A stretch of 64,000 bases of DNA from an uncultured Gammaproteobacteria bacterium (lineage in GTDB: Bacteria; Patescibacteriota; Patescibacteriia; UBA1558; S5-K13), in assembly GCA_964640635.1 (NCBI GenBank), contig CAZXFD010000002.1:26153-90152 (forward strand). Reading direction: 5' to 3'. Numbering within the stretch: the stretch's first letter is position 1; each line of letters opens with the position of its first letter. The notes under the pieces were generated by a model, which was not told where the DNA came from, searched no databases, and worked only from the letters and a program-made list of their open reading frames with translations. The position numbers were made by a program, and so were the translations under genes. Below, piece by piece: positions 1 through 8,578 of the stretch.

Positions 1-92
1 AAATGACTTGGTTTAACAAAAGAAAAGATATTACTTGGATAAAAAATGAGAAAGAGGCTAAAAAATTAATTAAACAGTTTCTTATGTTCTAA
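1..92 (+). CDS. miaA: 3' end of tRNA dimethylallyltransferase (partial, starts upstream of window)
   Basis: Frame from base 3 reads MTWFNKRKDITWIKNEKEAKKLIKQFLMF*, matching the MiaA C-terminal (KRQ)MTWF..I.W motif. Not in the ORF track. Confidence 0.75.
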   Translation, partial: MTWFNKRKDITWIKNEKEAKKLIKQFLMF

Positions 93-132
93 GATTTTAA
101 AATATATAGGAAATAATTAAAAATAAAAAAAT

Positions 133-606
133 ATGGCATTTATTTATGAAACTAAAAATTTTATAGTTGAAGCCCCAGATAAACCTCATATCACAAGAAC
201 TGACGGTGGTCACATCAAAATTACACCAAAAATAAAAATTACTGATCGTACAGAATTAAATCCTAAATTAGCAATTGAATTAATGAGATTAACAATTATT
301 ACTGGAAAAGCTTTTAAAGTGGCAATGACAAATCTTGGTATAGAAATAATGCGCATTAATTATCAAGATATGGGAAATTGGGCATACAAAAAAAATGAAA
401 AGCCATACTTTCATATTCATTTATATGGCAGATCAAAAAATGCAAAATTTCAACCATATTATGAAGCGGTTTATTTGCCAGATAGAGATACTAAATTCTA
501 TGACAATTTTGAATCATTAAATGACGACGATATAAAAGAAATACAGAAACAAATTAAAATTATTTCACAAGAAGAAAAATATCAAAACAAAGAATGGGGC
601 TTATAG
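133..606 (+). CDS. HIT-family protein
   Basis: DGGHIKI...RINYQDMGNW...FHIHLYGR; HIT-like HxH motif. Confidence 0.7.
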   Translation: MAFIYETKNFIVEAPDKPHITRTDGGHIKITPKIKITDRTELNPKLAIELMRLTIITGKAFKVAMTNLGIEIMRINYQDMGNWAYKKNEKPYFHIHLYGRSKNAKFQPYYEAVYLPDRDTKFYDNFESLNDDDIKEIQKQIKIISQEEKYQNKEWGL

Positions 607-795
607 GCCCTGTTTTTTTGTGTGCCACAAACTATTTACAAAACATGTCATGTGTGGTATAAATTTTTATTATTTGCAACTATCATAATAAACATCGAGC
701 TAATACAACGAAAAATCAAAAATAAACTTGATATAAAATAAATATATCGAACAAAAAAACAGTGTCTATAAACTCTGTTTTTTAATACCCTATAT

Positions 796-824
796 TTGAC
801 AAAACAAAAATATAGTGATATAGT
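796..824 (+). promoter_or_regulatory. sigma70 promoter of the 857 gene, overlapped by two inverted repeats
   Basis: TTGACA (796-801), 17 bp spacer, TG-a-TATAGT (816-824); SD GGGAGGA at 846-852 before ATG 857. Confidence 0.7.
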
Positions 825-856
825 CAAATATCACTAAAAGATTCTGGGAGGAATAG

Positions 857-1396
857 ATGAAAGAATTCATAAAAAAGCTATTTGCGTGCTTTTTTTGTTG
901 GCGTAGAGAACATATCACAAATGATGAATTGGCTGGATCACCCATTATCGTTGCCTTTTCATTTGGTGGAAGATTTTATGGAACTGGAAAAAGCAATAGA
1001 TTTTTAATCGATTTTGCCTCTAGCTTATTTGAACAATACAGAACGCCTATAATAGCCCAGTGGGAAATAGGTGAATATGTTAAAAACGGTATAATCCAAA
1101 CAATAAAAAAAAGCCGAGTTGCTGGTCAATATTTAGATACATATGAAGTTGCCTATCAAGCAACTGAAGTATGCGAGAAACTTGGAATTAAAAAAGTCCT
1201 TGTACTAGCCCATCCGCATCACACATTAAGATGCAAATGGACATTAGAAAAATTAGGATTAAAGGCCTTCTTGATAGACACTACCAACTGTCCATATGAT
1301 CCAAAATCAAATCAGACATGGACAAGAAATGCCTTAAAGTTTATACCGAGAGAAATCCTTGCCAGATTAATGTATCTGGTAAAAGGATATATATAA
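857..1396 (+). CDS. YdcF/DUF218-like (ElyC/SanA family) protein
   Basis: IIAQWEI...YLDTYEV...VLVLAHPHHTLRC...YDPKSNQTWTR...PREILAR pattern. Confidence 0.55.
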   Translation: MKEFIKKLFACFFCWRREHITNDELAGSPIIVAFSFGGRFYGTGKSNRFLIDFASSLFEQYRTPIIAQWEIGEYVKNGIIQTIKKSRVAGQYLDTYEVAYQATEVCEKLGIKKVLVLAHPHHTLRCKWTLEKLGLKAFLIDTTNCPYDPKSNQTWTRNALKFIPREILARLMYLVKGYI

Positions 1397-1407
1397 TTTA
1401 AAAACAC

Positions 1408-1443
1408 AAAGGGCAAGTCGAATGACTTAATGCCCTTTTTTTG
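1408..1443. terminator. Probable bidirectional intrinsic terminator
   Basis: AAAGGGCA...TGCCCTTT stem followed by a T-tract, between convergent genes. Confidence 0.65.
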
Positions 1444-1454
1444 TTTATAAAAAA

Positions 1455-2411
1455 TTATTTTACTAAATCTTCTTTTTCAAGCAACCACATTATAATAGCT
1501 TTTTGAATATGCATTCTATTTTCAGCTTGATCAAAAATTACTGAATTTTTATGATGAATTGCGTCACTTGTTATCTCATAATCAATATGACATGGCATGC
1601 AATGCATTATCTTTACATTACTACAATATTTATCAACCATATCTGCATTTATCTGATATGGTAAAAAAACTTGTTTTCTTCTTTCAAATTCTGTTTCATA
1701 TTCTGGTTTTATTTTTCCGTTTTCAAAAAACTCCATATCCATCCAAGTATCAGTATGAATATAATCCGCATCTTTAAGAGCACTTTCTAAATTTAAATCA
1801 TTAGATACCAACCCTGTATCATTAGCAATTTTATTTAATTCTTCATCAATGCTTATTTGATGCGCCTCTGGGGAACACAATACAAAATTAATTCCGAGTT
1901 TGACACAAAGTAGTTTCAAAGTATTAGAAACATTATTTTCTATTCCAAGCCACACCACCTTTTTTATATTTTCTATATCACCTGAATGTTCAATCATTGT
2001 AAGCATATCCCCAAGTGCTTGGCATGGATGATACTTTTCACTACAAGCATCAATAACTGGTATTTGATTAAAAGATGATGCTTTTATTACACTTTCTACT
2101 TTTTGAGCTCTCATCATAATAATTTGACCAAATCTCATAACAGCTTGAATCTCATCTCCATAATCAGTAAGGGCAAACTGTGTTGTTTTTTGATCCAAAA
2201 AAATTGCATGCCCACCAAGCTCTGTCATTCCAGCTTCAAATGAAAGTCTTGTTCTTGTAGAAGATTTTTGAAAAAGCATCAAAAGGGTTTGATTTTCTAA
2301 ATAATTTGTTAACTCTCCTCTATTTCTTTTTTCTTTTATTTTTTGAGCGAGCTCAATAATTTTTAAAAGATCTTCTTTGGTTTGTTCTTTTAACGATATT
2401 AAATGTCTCAT
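1455..2411 (-). CDS. argF: Ornithine carbamoyltransferase (transcarbamylase family)
   Basis: STRTRLSFE carbamoyl-P motif, HPCQ, HCMP, DQAENRMH; substrate loop reads DTWMDM rather than DVWxSMG. Confidence 0.8.
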   Translation of the reverse strand: MRHLISLKEQTKEDLLKIIELAQKIKEKRNRGELTNYLENQTLLMLFQKSSTRTRLSFEAGMTELGGHAIFLDQKTTQFALTDYGDEIQAVMRFGQIIMMRAQKVESVIKASSFNQIPVIDACSEKYHPCQALGDMLTMIEHSGDIENIKKVVWLGIENNVSNTLKLLCVKLGINFVLCSPEAHQISIDEELNKIANDTGLVSNDLNLESALKDADYIHTDTWMDMEFFENGKIKPEYETEFERRKQVFLPYQINADMVDKYCSNVKIMHCMPCHIDYEITSDAIHHKNSVIFDQAENRMHIQKAIIMWLLEKEDLVK

Positions 2412-2435
2412 TTTATTAGCTTAAATTATTTTTTA

Positions 2436-2900
2436 TTATATACTTATTTCAACCTCATCTATAATATATTTTTTCTCACAATAGGTACATCTTACTTTTA
2501 TGGGATTTTTTTCTGGAATAAAAAACCTGGATTTAATATGTTCCGTATTTGTAATACATTTTGGATTTGGACAAATAATAAATCCTTCAATCAAATTTGG
2601 AATATCTGCTTTTAATTTTTTTACTACAGCACTATTTTCAATAATTGAAACTGTAACATCTGGTGCAATAAGTGCTATTGTATCAAATTCATCTTTTGAT
2701 AATTCTTTGTCTGATATCTTTATCAAATCTTTTTTTCCAAACTTAGTACTTTCTAAATTGATACCAACTATTACCTGATTATCATTTTTTAGGCTTAACA
2801 ATTTTAAAACTTTCATAGCACAATTTTCTGGAATATGATCTATAACAGTTCCATTTTCTATTGCGCGAGCAACGTTTTTGACATCATTTAATTCACTCAT
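2436..2900 (-). CDS. pyrI: Aspartate carbamoyltransferase regulatory chain
   Basis: IENGTVIDHI, KKDLIKI, CPNPKC and CTYC zinc motifs. Confidence 0.95.
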   Translation of the reverse strand: MSELNDVKNVARAIENGTVIDHIPENCAMKVLKLLSLKNDNQVIVGINLESTKFGKKDLIKISDKELSKDEFDTIALIAPDVTVSIIENSAVVKKLKADIPNLIEGFIICPNPKCITNTEHIKSRFFIPEKNPIKVRCTYCEKKYIIDEVEISI

Positions 2901-2902
2901 AT

Positions 2903-3805
2903 TTATATTCCTTTCAATAAAATAGAAATTATAGCTTGACGCATATAAACTCCATTTTTTACTTGTTCAAAATAATACGCATACTTTGTCTTATCAACTG
3001 CAAGAGTAATCTCATTTACCCTTGGTAGTGGATGCATGATCTTAAAACTATCTTTCACATTTTTAAGAAGTGGCGTATCTACAATATACAAATTTTTTAC
3101 TTTTTCATATTCTTCTGGATCTGTAAATCTTTCTTTTTGAATTCGTGTAACATACATAATATCTAATTTATCAATTACATCTTCTATTTTATCGTGTTCC
3201 GAAAAATTAACATTTTTTAATTTTAAATCATTTTTTATATGCTCTGGCATTTTCAAATGTCCTGGAGAAATAAAATATAAGTTTGGCGAAAAATCAGATA
3301 GTGCCTGAGAAAGAGAATGAACAGTGCGCCCAAATTTCAAATCTCCAACCATGGCAATATTAAGATTATCTAGCCTTCCTTGTGTTTTCATTATTGAATA
3401 CATATCTAAAAGTGCTTGTGTGGGGTGTTGATTTGCACCATCTCCTGCATTTATAACTGGAATATTTAAAATCTCTGACGCATAACGAGCTGAGCCCTCA
3501 ATAGGAGATCTCATTATCACAAGATCAACATACTGACTTATAGTCATCAATGTATCGTGCAGTGATTCACCTTTTTTCAAAGATGTTTGTTCTGCGTCTT
3601 TAAGAGATAATGCCGTACCTCCAAGTTTTTTCATTGCTGTTTCAAAAGAAAATTTTGTTCTTGTAGATGGCTCAAAAAACAAAAGCGCTGCAAGCTGACC
3701 ATTTAGATCTGGGGTAAGCTTACCGCTTTCTATTTTCTCTGCCACATCCACAAAATGCAAGATATCTTCTTTTGAAATATCCTGCATTGAAATAAGATGT
3801 TTCAT
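2903..3805 (-). CDS. pyrB: Aspartate carbamoyltransferase catalytic chain (likely start ATG 3805, MKHLISM)
   Basis: FFEPSTRT, NAGDGANQHPTQ, DLKFGRTVHSL, TRIQKER, MHPLPRVNEI. Confidence 0.95.
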   Translation of the reverse strand: MKHLISMQDISKEDILHFVDVAEKIESGKLTPDLNGQLAALLFFEPSTRTKFSFETAMKKLGGTALSLKDAEQTSLKKGESLHDTLMTISQYVDLVIMRSPIEGSARYASEILNIPVINAGDGANQHPTQALLDMYSIMKTQGRLDNLNIAMVGDLKFGRTVHSLSQALSDFSPNLYFISPGHLKMPEHIKNDLKLKNVNFSEHDKIEDVIDKLDIMYVTRIQKERFTDPEEYEKVKNLYIVDTPLLKNVKDSFKIMHPLPRVNEITLAVDKTKYAYYFEQVKNGVYMRQAIISILLKGI

Positions 3806-3848
3806 TTTTTTCTTGTTCCACATTGTGCGGAAAATTAATTATTATGTA

Positions 3849-3875
3849 TAAAAAAATAACCCTCTTACAGAGGGT
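3849..3875 (-). terminator. Attenuator terminator in the pyrB leader
   Basis: Minus strand ACCCTCT-GTA-AGAGGGT followed by TATTTTTTT, about 45 nt upstream of the pyrB start. Confidence 0.7.
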
Positions 3876-3936
3876 AAATAAATAAAGACAATGTGCCTAC
3901 AGGAATTTGATTGATTTTATGTCTATTTATATTCAT
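3865..3936 (-). CDS. Putative pyrL-like leader peptide (23 aa, MNINRHKINQIPVGTLSLFIYPL)
   Basis: ATG at 3936 just after an extended -10 (TGcTATAAT, 3955-3947); U-rich last codons; stop codon lies within the terminator hairpin. Confidence 0.6.
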   Translation of the reverse strand: MNINRHKINQIPVGTLSLFIYPL

Positions 3937-3991
3937 ATTAAAAATAATTATAGCACAAATATTTACTTACAAAAAGAAAGTTATCCACAAC

Positions 3992-4021
3992 AAAAAACAA
4001 CCCCCATATAGAGATTGTTTT
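3992..4021 (-). terminator. gatB intrinsic terminator
   Basis: Minus strand AAACAATCTC-tatat-GGGGGTTGTTT (with G-U pairs) plus T-tract. Confidence 0.6.
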
Positions 4022-4043
4022 ATATTGTAATTCATCGAGATTA

Positions 4044-5531
4044 CTAGCTCAATTTATCCTTAAACAGTTTCTCTACCATAACTGGATTTGCTCGTCCACG
4101 AGTTTCTTTCATAGCAACACCTACAAAATATTTCATCAAATTTTCCTTACCAGATTTATACTGACTAACCTGTTCTTCATTGTCTAAAATAATTTTATTC
4201 ACCAAAGATTCCAATATACCCTCATCACTTTCCTGTAATAAGTCTTGTTCTTTCGCAAATTGAAGTGGATCTACTCCAGTTTCAAACATTTGTTTTAATA
4301 TAAGCTGTCCTGCAGAACTATTTATTTGATTTTCATACAACATTGCTATCATCTGACCCATGTTCTCAGCACTAATCTTCATATTTTCAAAAGTAGTCCC
4401 AGATTGATTAACAAGCTTAAAAATTTCTGAACAAATCCATCCACTTATAATTCTAACACAATCCTTTTTTATTAATTTCCAATCTCTTTTGTCTCCTAAT
4501 TCCAAAATCCATTCTCTAAATTCTGAAATAACAGCTTCAAAATAATCCGCTACATTTTTTGAAACTATCAAAGCTTCTGCTGATTTAATATCTAATTCGT
4601 ATTGACTAACAAATCTTTCAAGTTTTTGATATGGAAGCTCTATCATATCTGATTTTATCTTTTCTATTTTTTCATCACTAATTATAAGGGCCTTTAAATC
4701 TGGTTCCTTAAAATATCTATAATCATTTGCCTCTTCTTTAGAACGTTGCAATACTGTAATTTGTTTATTTTCATCCCAACCTCTTGTTGTTTGCTCACGT
4801 GGAATTTTATTATTATTCCAAGAAATACTTTGTCTTTCTATTTCGTATTTTATCGCCCCCTCCACAGAACGGAAAGAATTGAGATTCTTTACCTCTGTTT
4901 TTGGATAAAGATTATCATCCCCCACTGGACGAAGCGACACATTGACATCACATCTCAAATTACCCTTCTCCATGTCAGCATCTGAAACTCCTAAATATCT
5001 ACAAATTTGCCTCAAGTCTTGTAAAAAAATTCTTGCTGCTTCAGCACTTTTAATACTAGGGCGAGTTACAATTTCAGCAAGCGGTGTTCCTGCACGATTA
5101 AAATCAATCAAAGAGTGATTATCTTTGTGTAAATTTTTAGCAGAATCATTTTCTATATGCAATTTTTCTATTTCAACTCTTACTTTTTTATCACCATCTT
5201 TTATAATCAAAAATCCATCTCTAGATAGTGGCTCATCAAGCTGAGTAATTTGATAGCCCTGAGGAAGATCTGGATAAAAATAATTTTTTCTTTCAAACAC
5301 ACTTTTTTGATTTATTTTCAAATTAAGTGCTAGGGCAAGTTTCACTCCCAAATCTACAGCAGACTCATTTAGCGTAGGAAGTGTTCCTGGATGTCCCATA
5401 CAAATTGGACAGACAACACTGTTTGGTTTAATGTCGTCAGCTACATTGGAACAACTACAAAACATTTTTGACTTTGTTTTTAGCTGAACATGTATTTCTA
5501 ATCCTATTATTGGCTCTAACTTTGTATTCAT
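4044..5531 (-). CDS. gatB: Asp/Glu-tRNA amidotransferase subunit B
   Basis: IGLEIHVQL, RKNYFYPDLP, DFNRAGTPLAEIVT, EVKNLNS, DYRYF.EPDL. Confidence 0.97.
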   Translation of the reverse strand: MNTKLEPIIGLEIHVQLKTKSKMFCSCSNVADDIKPNSVVCPICMGHPGTLPTLNESAVDLGVKLALALNLKINQKSVFERKNYFYPDLPQGYQITQLDEPLSRDGFLIIKDGDKKVRVEIEKLHIENDSAKNLHKDNHSLIDFNRAGTPLAEIVTRPSIKSAEAARIFLQDLRQICRYLGVSDADMEKGNLRCDVNVSLRPVGDDNLYPKTEVKNLNSFRSVEGAIKYEIERQSISWNNNKIPREQTTRGWDENKQITVLQRSKEEANDYRYFKEPDLKALIISDEKIEKIKSDMIELPYQKLERFVSQYELDIKSAEALIVSKNVADYFEAVISEFREWILELGDKRDWKLIKKDCVRIISGWICSEIFKLVNQSGTTFENMKISAENMGQMIAMLYENQINSSAGQLILKQMFETGVDPLQFAKEQDLLQESDEGILESLVNKIILDNEEQVSQYKSGKENLMKYFVGVAMKETRGRANPVMVEKLFKDKLS

Positions 5532-5596
5532 AATATTTTTTAAAATTATATTATCTCACTTGCATTCAATATTCGTATAATTAGCATGCATTAGTA

Positions 5597-5616
5597 CCTG
5601 CCTACCGGCAGGCAGG
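5597..5616. repeat. 20-bp palindromic REP-like element CCTGCCTACCGGCAGGCAGG
   Basis: Near-perfect palindrome; a second copy lies at 7356-7375. Confidence 0.8.
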
Positions 5617-5631
5617 TATTAGCATCGCTTG

Positions 5632-7317
5632 CTACATCTTATCCACTGTCTCAATTCCAAGAAGTTCTAATCCATTTTTTATTACCTGAGAAACACAGAA
5701 AACAAGTAAAATTTTGTTCTTCATTTCCTTTTCAGATCCTGATAAAACTCTACAATTATTATAAAATTCATTAAAAATCTTTGCCAACTCTATCAAATAA
5801 TTTGCTAAGTGACTTGGCCTATAACTCTCTGCAGATTTTATAATTATTTCCTTAAATAAGCTAATCTGTTTTATTAAATTAATTTCTTCTTTTGTGGTGA
5901 AGCTAAAATTTATATCAACATCTGGAATTAATTTATATTCTTTCTTTGCTTTCTCTAAAATACTACAACACCTGACAAATGTATATTGTAAATATACAGA
6001 ACTATCTCCATCAAAAGACAACATTTTAGACCAATCAAATATAACATTTCTTGCCCTGTCAGTTGATAAATCATTAAATATCACAGCACCTATTCCTATT
6101 TTTTTTGCAGTATCGTCAATATTTTTGACTTGAGATTTCTTTTCCTCTAGTATCTTGGTAGATAATTTTATTGATTCATCAAGAACTTCTTCAAGTGCAA
6201 TAGTCTTGCCATCGCGCGTAGACATCTTTCCATCTTTAAAAGCAAACATTCCAAATTCAACATGAACAAATCTATTTTTATTCATACCCATAAGATCAAG
6301 CACCCTAAACAATTGCTCAAAATGAAGTTTTTGATCTATCCCAACAACATACAAAAGCTTTTCTGGTTTATATTGCTCTAATCTATACAAAGCAGCTGCG
6401 AGATCTCTAAGATGATAACTACTCGTTCCATTTGATTTAATTGCAAAAAATGGTGGCATGCCATAGTTTTCTAAATCGACTATTAAAGCTCCTTCAGAAA
6501 CAACTGTTTGTGTTTTTTTCTTTAAAGTTTTCAAAGTGCTCTCAAGTTTTGAAATATAAAAAGCCTCTCCATCATAATGATCAAATTTTATCTTTAACAT
6601 CTTATAAATTTTATCAAACTCTTCTAAGCTTAATTTTCTGAACTCTTTCCATAGCTCTAGATTTTTTTTATCATTGTTCTCTAATTTCTGAAATTCATCT
6701 CTTGCTAGATCATCTAGTTTTGGATTGTCTTTTGCTTCTTGATGAAATTTCACATATAAAAATAATAGGTGTTTAATTGCGTCTTTTTTTAATTCCTTCA
6801 CATTGCCCCAATTTTTATAGGCATAAATTAATTTGCCAAATTGAGTTCCCCAATCTCCCAAATGATTTACAGAAATTGTTTTATAACCAAGGTTTTTGTA
6901 AATTTTATAAAGTGATCCGCCTATCACAGTGCTTCGCAGATGCCCTATTCCAAGTGGTTTTGCAATATTAGGACTAGAGATATCCATAACAACTGTTTTG
7001 TTTTTTCCTATATTTTGTTTTCCAAAAACATTTTTTTCTGTATAAATTTCTTTTAACAGCGTTTTTGCATATTTATTATAATCAATAAAAAAATTTAAAT
7101 ATGGGCCAGTTGCTTTAATTTCTTTCAAAAAAATAGGTTTTTTTATTTTCTGACATAATTCAATCGCAATTTCAGCTGGTGATTTTTTCATTGCTTTAGA
7201 AAGCTCAAAACAAGGAAAAGCAAAGTCACCCAATTCATTATTTGGTGGAAGCTCCACTGATGGATTTTTAATTCCAGAATATTGTTCTATTAATTTTTTT
7301 ATTTTTTCTTGAAACAT
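5632..7317 (-). CDS. argS: Arginine--tRNA ligase
   Basis: SSPNIAKPLGIGHLRS, NHLGDWGTQFG, KMSTRDG, YLQYT..R, FNEFY. Confidence 0.97.
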   Translation of the reverse strand: MFQEKIKKLIEQYSGIKNPSVELPPNNELGDFAFPCFELSKAMKKSPAEIAIELCQKIKKPIFLKEIKATGPYLNFFIDYNKYAKTLLKEIYTEKNVFGKQNIGKNKTVVMDISSPNIAKPLGIGHLRSTVIGGSLYKIYKNLGYKTISVNHLGDWGTQFGKLIYAYKNWGNVKELKKDAIKHLLFLYVKFHQEAKDNPKLDDLARDEFQKLENNDKKNLELWKEFRKLSLEEFDKIYKMLKIKFDHYDGEAFYISKLESTLKTLKKKTQTVVSEGALIVDLENYGMPPFFAIKSNGTSSYHLRDLAAALYRLEQYKPEKLLYVVGIDQKLHFEQLFRVLDLMGMNKNRFVHVEFGMFAFKDGKMSTRDGKTIALEEVLDESIKLSTKILEEKKSQVKNIDDTAKKIGIGAVIFNDLSTDRARNVIFDWSKMLSFDGDSSVYLQYTFVRCCSILEKAKKEYKLIPDVDINFSFTTKEEINLIKQISLFKEIIIKSAESYRPSHLANYLIELAKIFNEFYNNCRVLSGSEKEMKNKILLVFCVSQVIKNGLELLGIETVDKM

Positions 7318-7345
7318 GGGATAGTGTTTAGTATATATTCTAATC

Positions 7346-7417
7346 TTTTGACATTCCTGCCTGCCGGCAGGCAGGCGTCATTTGTCATTTGTCATTTGAC
7401 ATTTGTCATTTGAAATT
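7346..7417. repeat. TGTCATT heptamer array interrupted by palindrome CCTGCCTGCCGGCAGGCAGG (7356-7375)
   Basis: tgacatt [20-mer] cgtcatt tgtcatt tgtcatt tgacatt tgtcatt. Confidence 0.85.
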
Positions 7418-8578
7418 AACAATGTGCTCCATCATTTGATCTACCTTTTTTTTCCAAGTATGTTCTTTTATAGCATCTAGTCTTGTTTCAATTTTCTCTG
7501 GGCTATTATTTAATTCTTCATTAATGCATGCATTAAATCTTTCAAAGTCATTAGCAACACTTACGACACTTCTAAATTGTTCTATACCCGGAGCATCTGT
7601 CGTAACAACTGGAATTCCACACGCCAAATATTCATATAATTTCATAGGACAGGTATATTTTATAAAATCATTTATATAGTGCGGAATTATTCCCACATCA
7701 AATCTACTTATATAATCCGGAGCCTCATTGTATTCTTTTGCTCCCAAAAGATAAATATTGGAAAATCTACGAAGTCTCTCTTCATCTTCTTTTCTCCAAA
7801 TAGGTCCAACAAGCACAATCGATTTATCTAAATTCTTTTTTGCAATATACTCAATCATGTCTAAATTAACCCTATTTTCTTGAATTATTCCCAAATAACC
7901 AATAATTGGTCTAGAAATCTTGGCTATATCATTATTTATTACCTTGTTTTTATTTGCATAATGAGCAAGATCAATTCCTTGAGTAATGTGATATATTTTA
8001 TCTGTTCTTGGATAAAAAATCTTTTCACTCTCTTCCGACAAAACAAAAATAATATTTGCTTTATCTCTTATTGTTTTATAGTTTTCTTCTAATTTTGTTT
8101 TTATATTTTTATAACTAGCATGTTCTGCCCAATTATCTACAGTATCAAAAACTGAGATGTCATATTCTATTTCATTAAAATATTCAACGTCAATAGGATA
8201 ATATGACCATAAAATAATATTTTTATAATTTTCTTTTTTTAAATATTCATCTATTTCTTTTAAATATTTTTTATGACCAAAAATATTTTGCACAGTTGAA
8301 TATACAAACACATTTTCTTCTGGACTATAAATCCTTGTAAAAGGTGATAATTTTATAGTTTTTCCTATATTATTTAAAAATATATTTTCCTTCCAATTAC
8401 GTAATGCTCTTTTTTTGGTTTGAGGAAGATAGTCAATTAGAAGTATTCTATTTACAAAATTATTAGATTTCAAAGAATTAAAAACTTGGAAGTTTCTATT
8501 ACTTATTCCTCTTTCCCAGTCTGTAAAACTAGACATAGAAAACATTACAATGTCATATTTCTTATCTTTTCTTATCAT
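7406..8578 (-). CDS. GT4 family glycosyltransferase (TuaH-like)
   Basis: VFDTVDNW, IIGYLG, PMKLYEYLACGIPVV. Confidence 0.85.
   Translation of the reverse strand: MIRKDKKYDIVMFSMSSFTDWERGISNRNFQVFNSLKSNNFVNRILLIDYLPQTKKRALRNWKENIFLNNIGKTIKLSPFTRIYSPEENVFVYSTVQNIFGHKKYLKEIDEYLKKENYKNIILWSYYPIDVEYFNEIEYDISVFDTVDNWAEHASYKNIKTKLEENYKTIRDKANIIFVLSEESEKIFYPRTDKIYHITQGIDLAHYANKNKVINNDIAKISRPIIGYLGIIQENRVNLDMIEYIAKKNLDKSIVLVGPIWRKEDEERLRRFSNIYLLGAKEYNEAPDYISRFDVGIIPHYINDFIKYTCPMKLYEYLACGIPVVTTDAPGIEQFRSVVSVANDFERFNACINEELNNSPEKIETRLDAIKEHTWKKKVDQMMEHIVNFK

Noticed and set aside
635-783. Possible short transcript: TTTACA...TATAAA promoter-like sequence and an AAAACAG...CTGTTTT hairpin
   Set aside because: A-rich, with no convincing structure or ORF; too weak to call an RNA gene.
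3981-3989. Perfect DnaA box TTATCCACA upstream of the pyrB promoter
   Set aside because: Single box with no cluster and no dnaA/dnaN nearby; not an origin. A regulatory role cannot be supported from one site.
7318-7405. T-box leaders upstream of argS (and likewise ileS)
   Set aside because: Spacers are short and filled by repeats or a small ORF; no T-box consensus seen.
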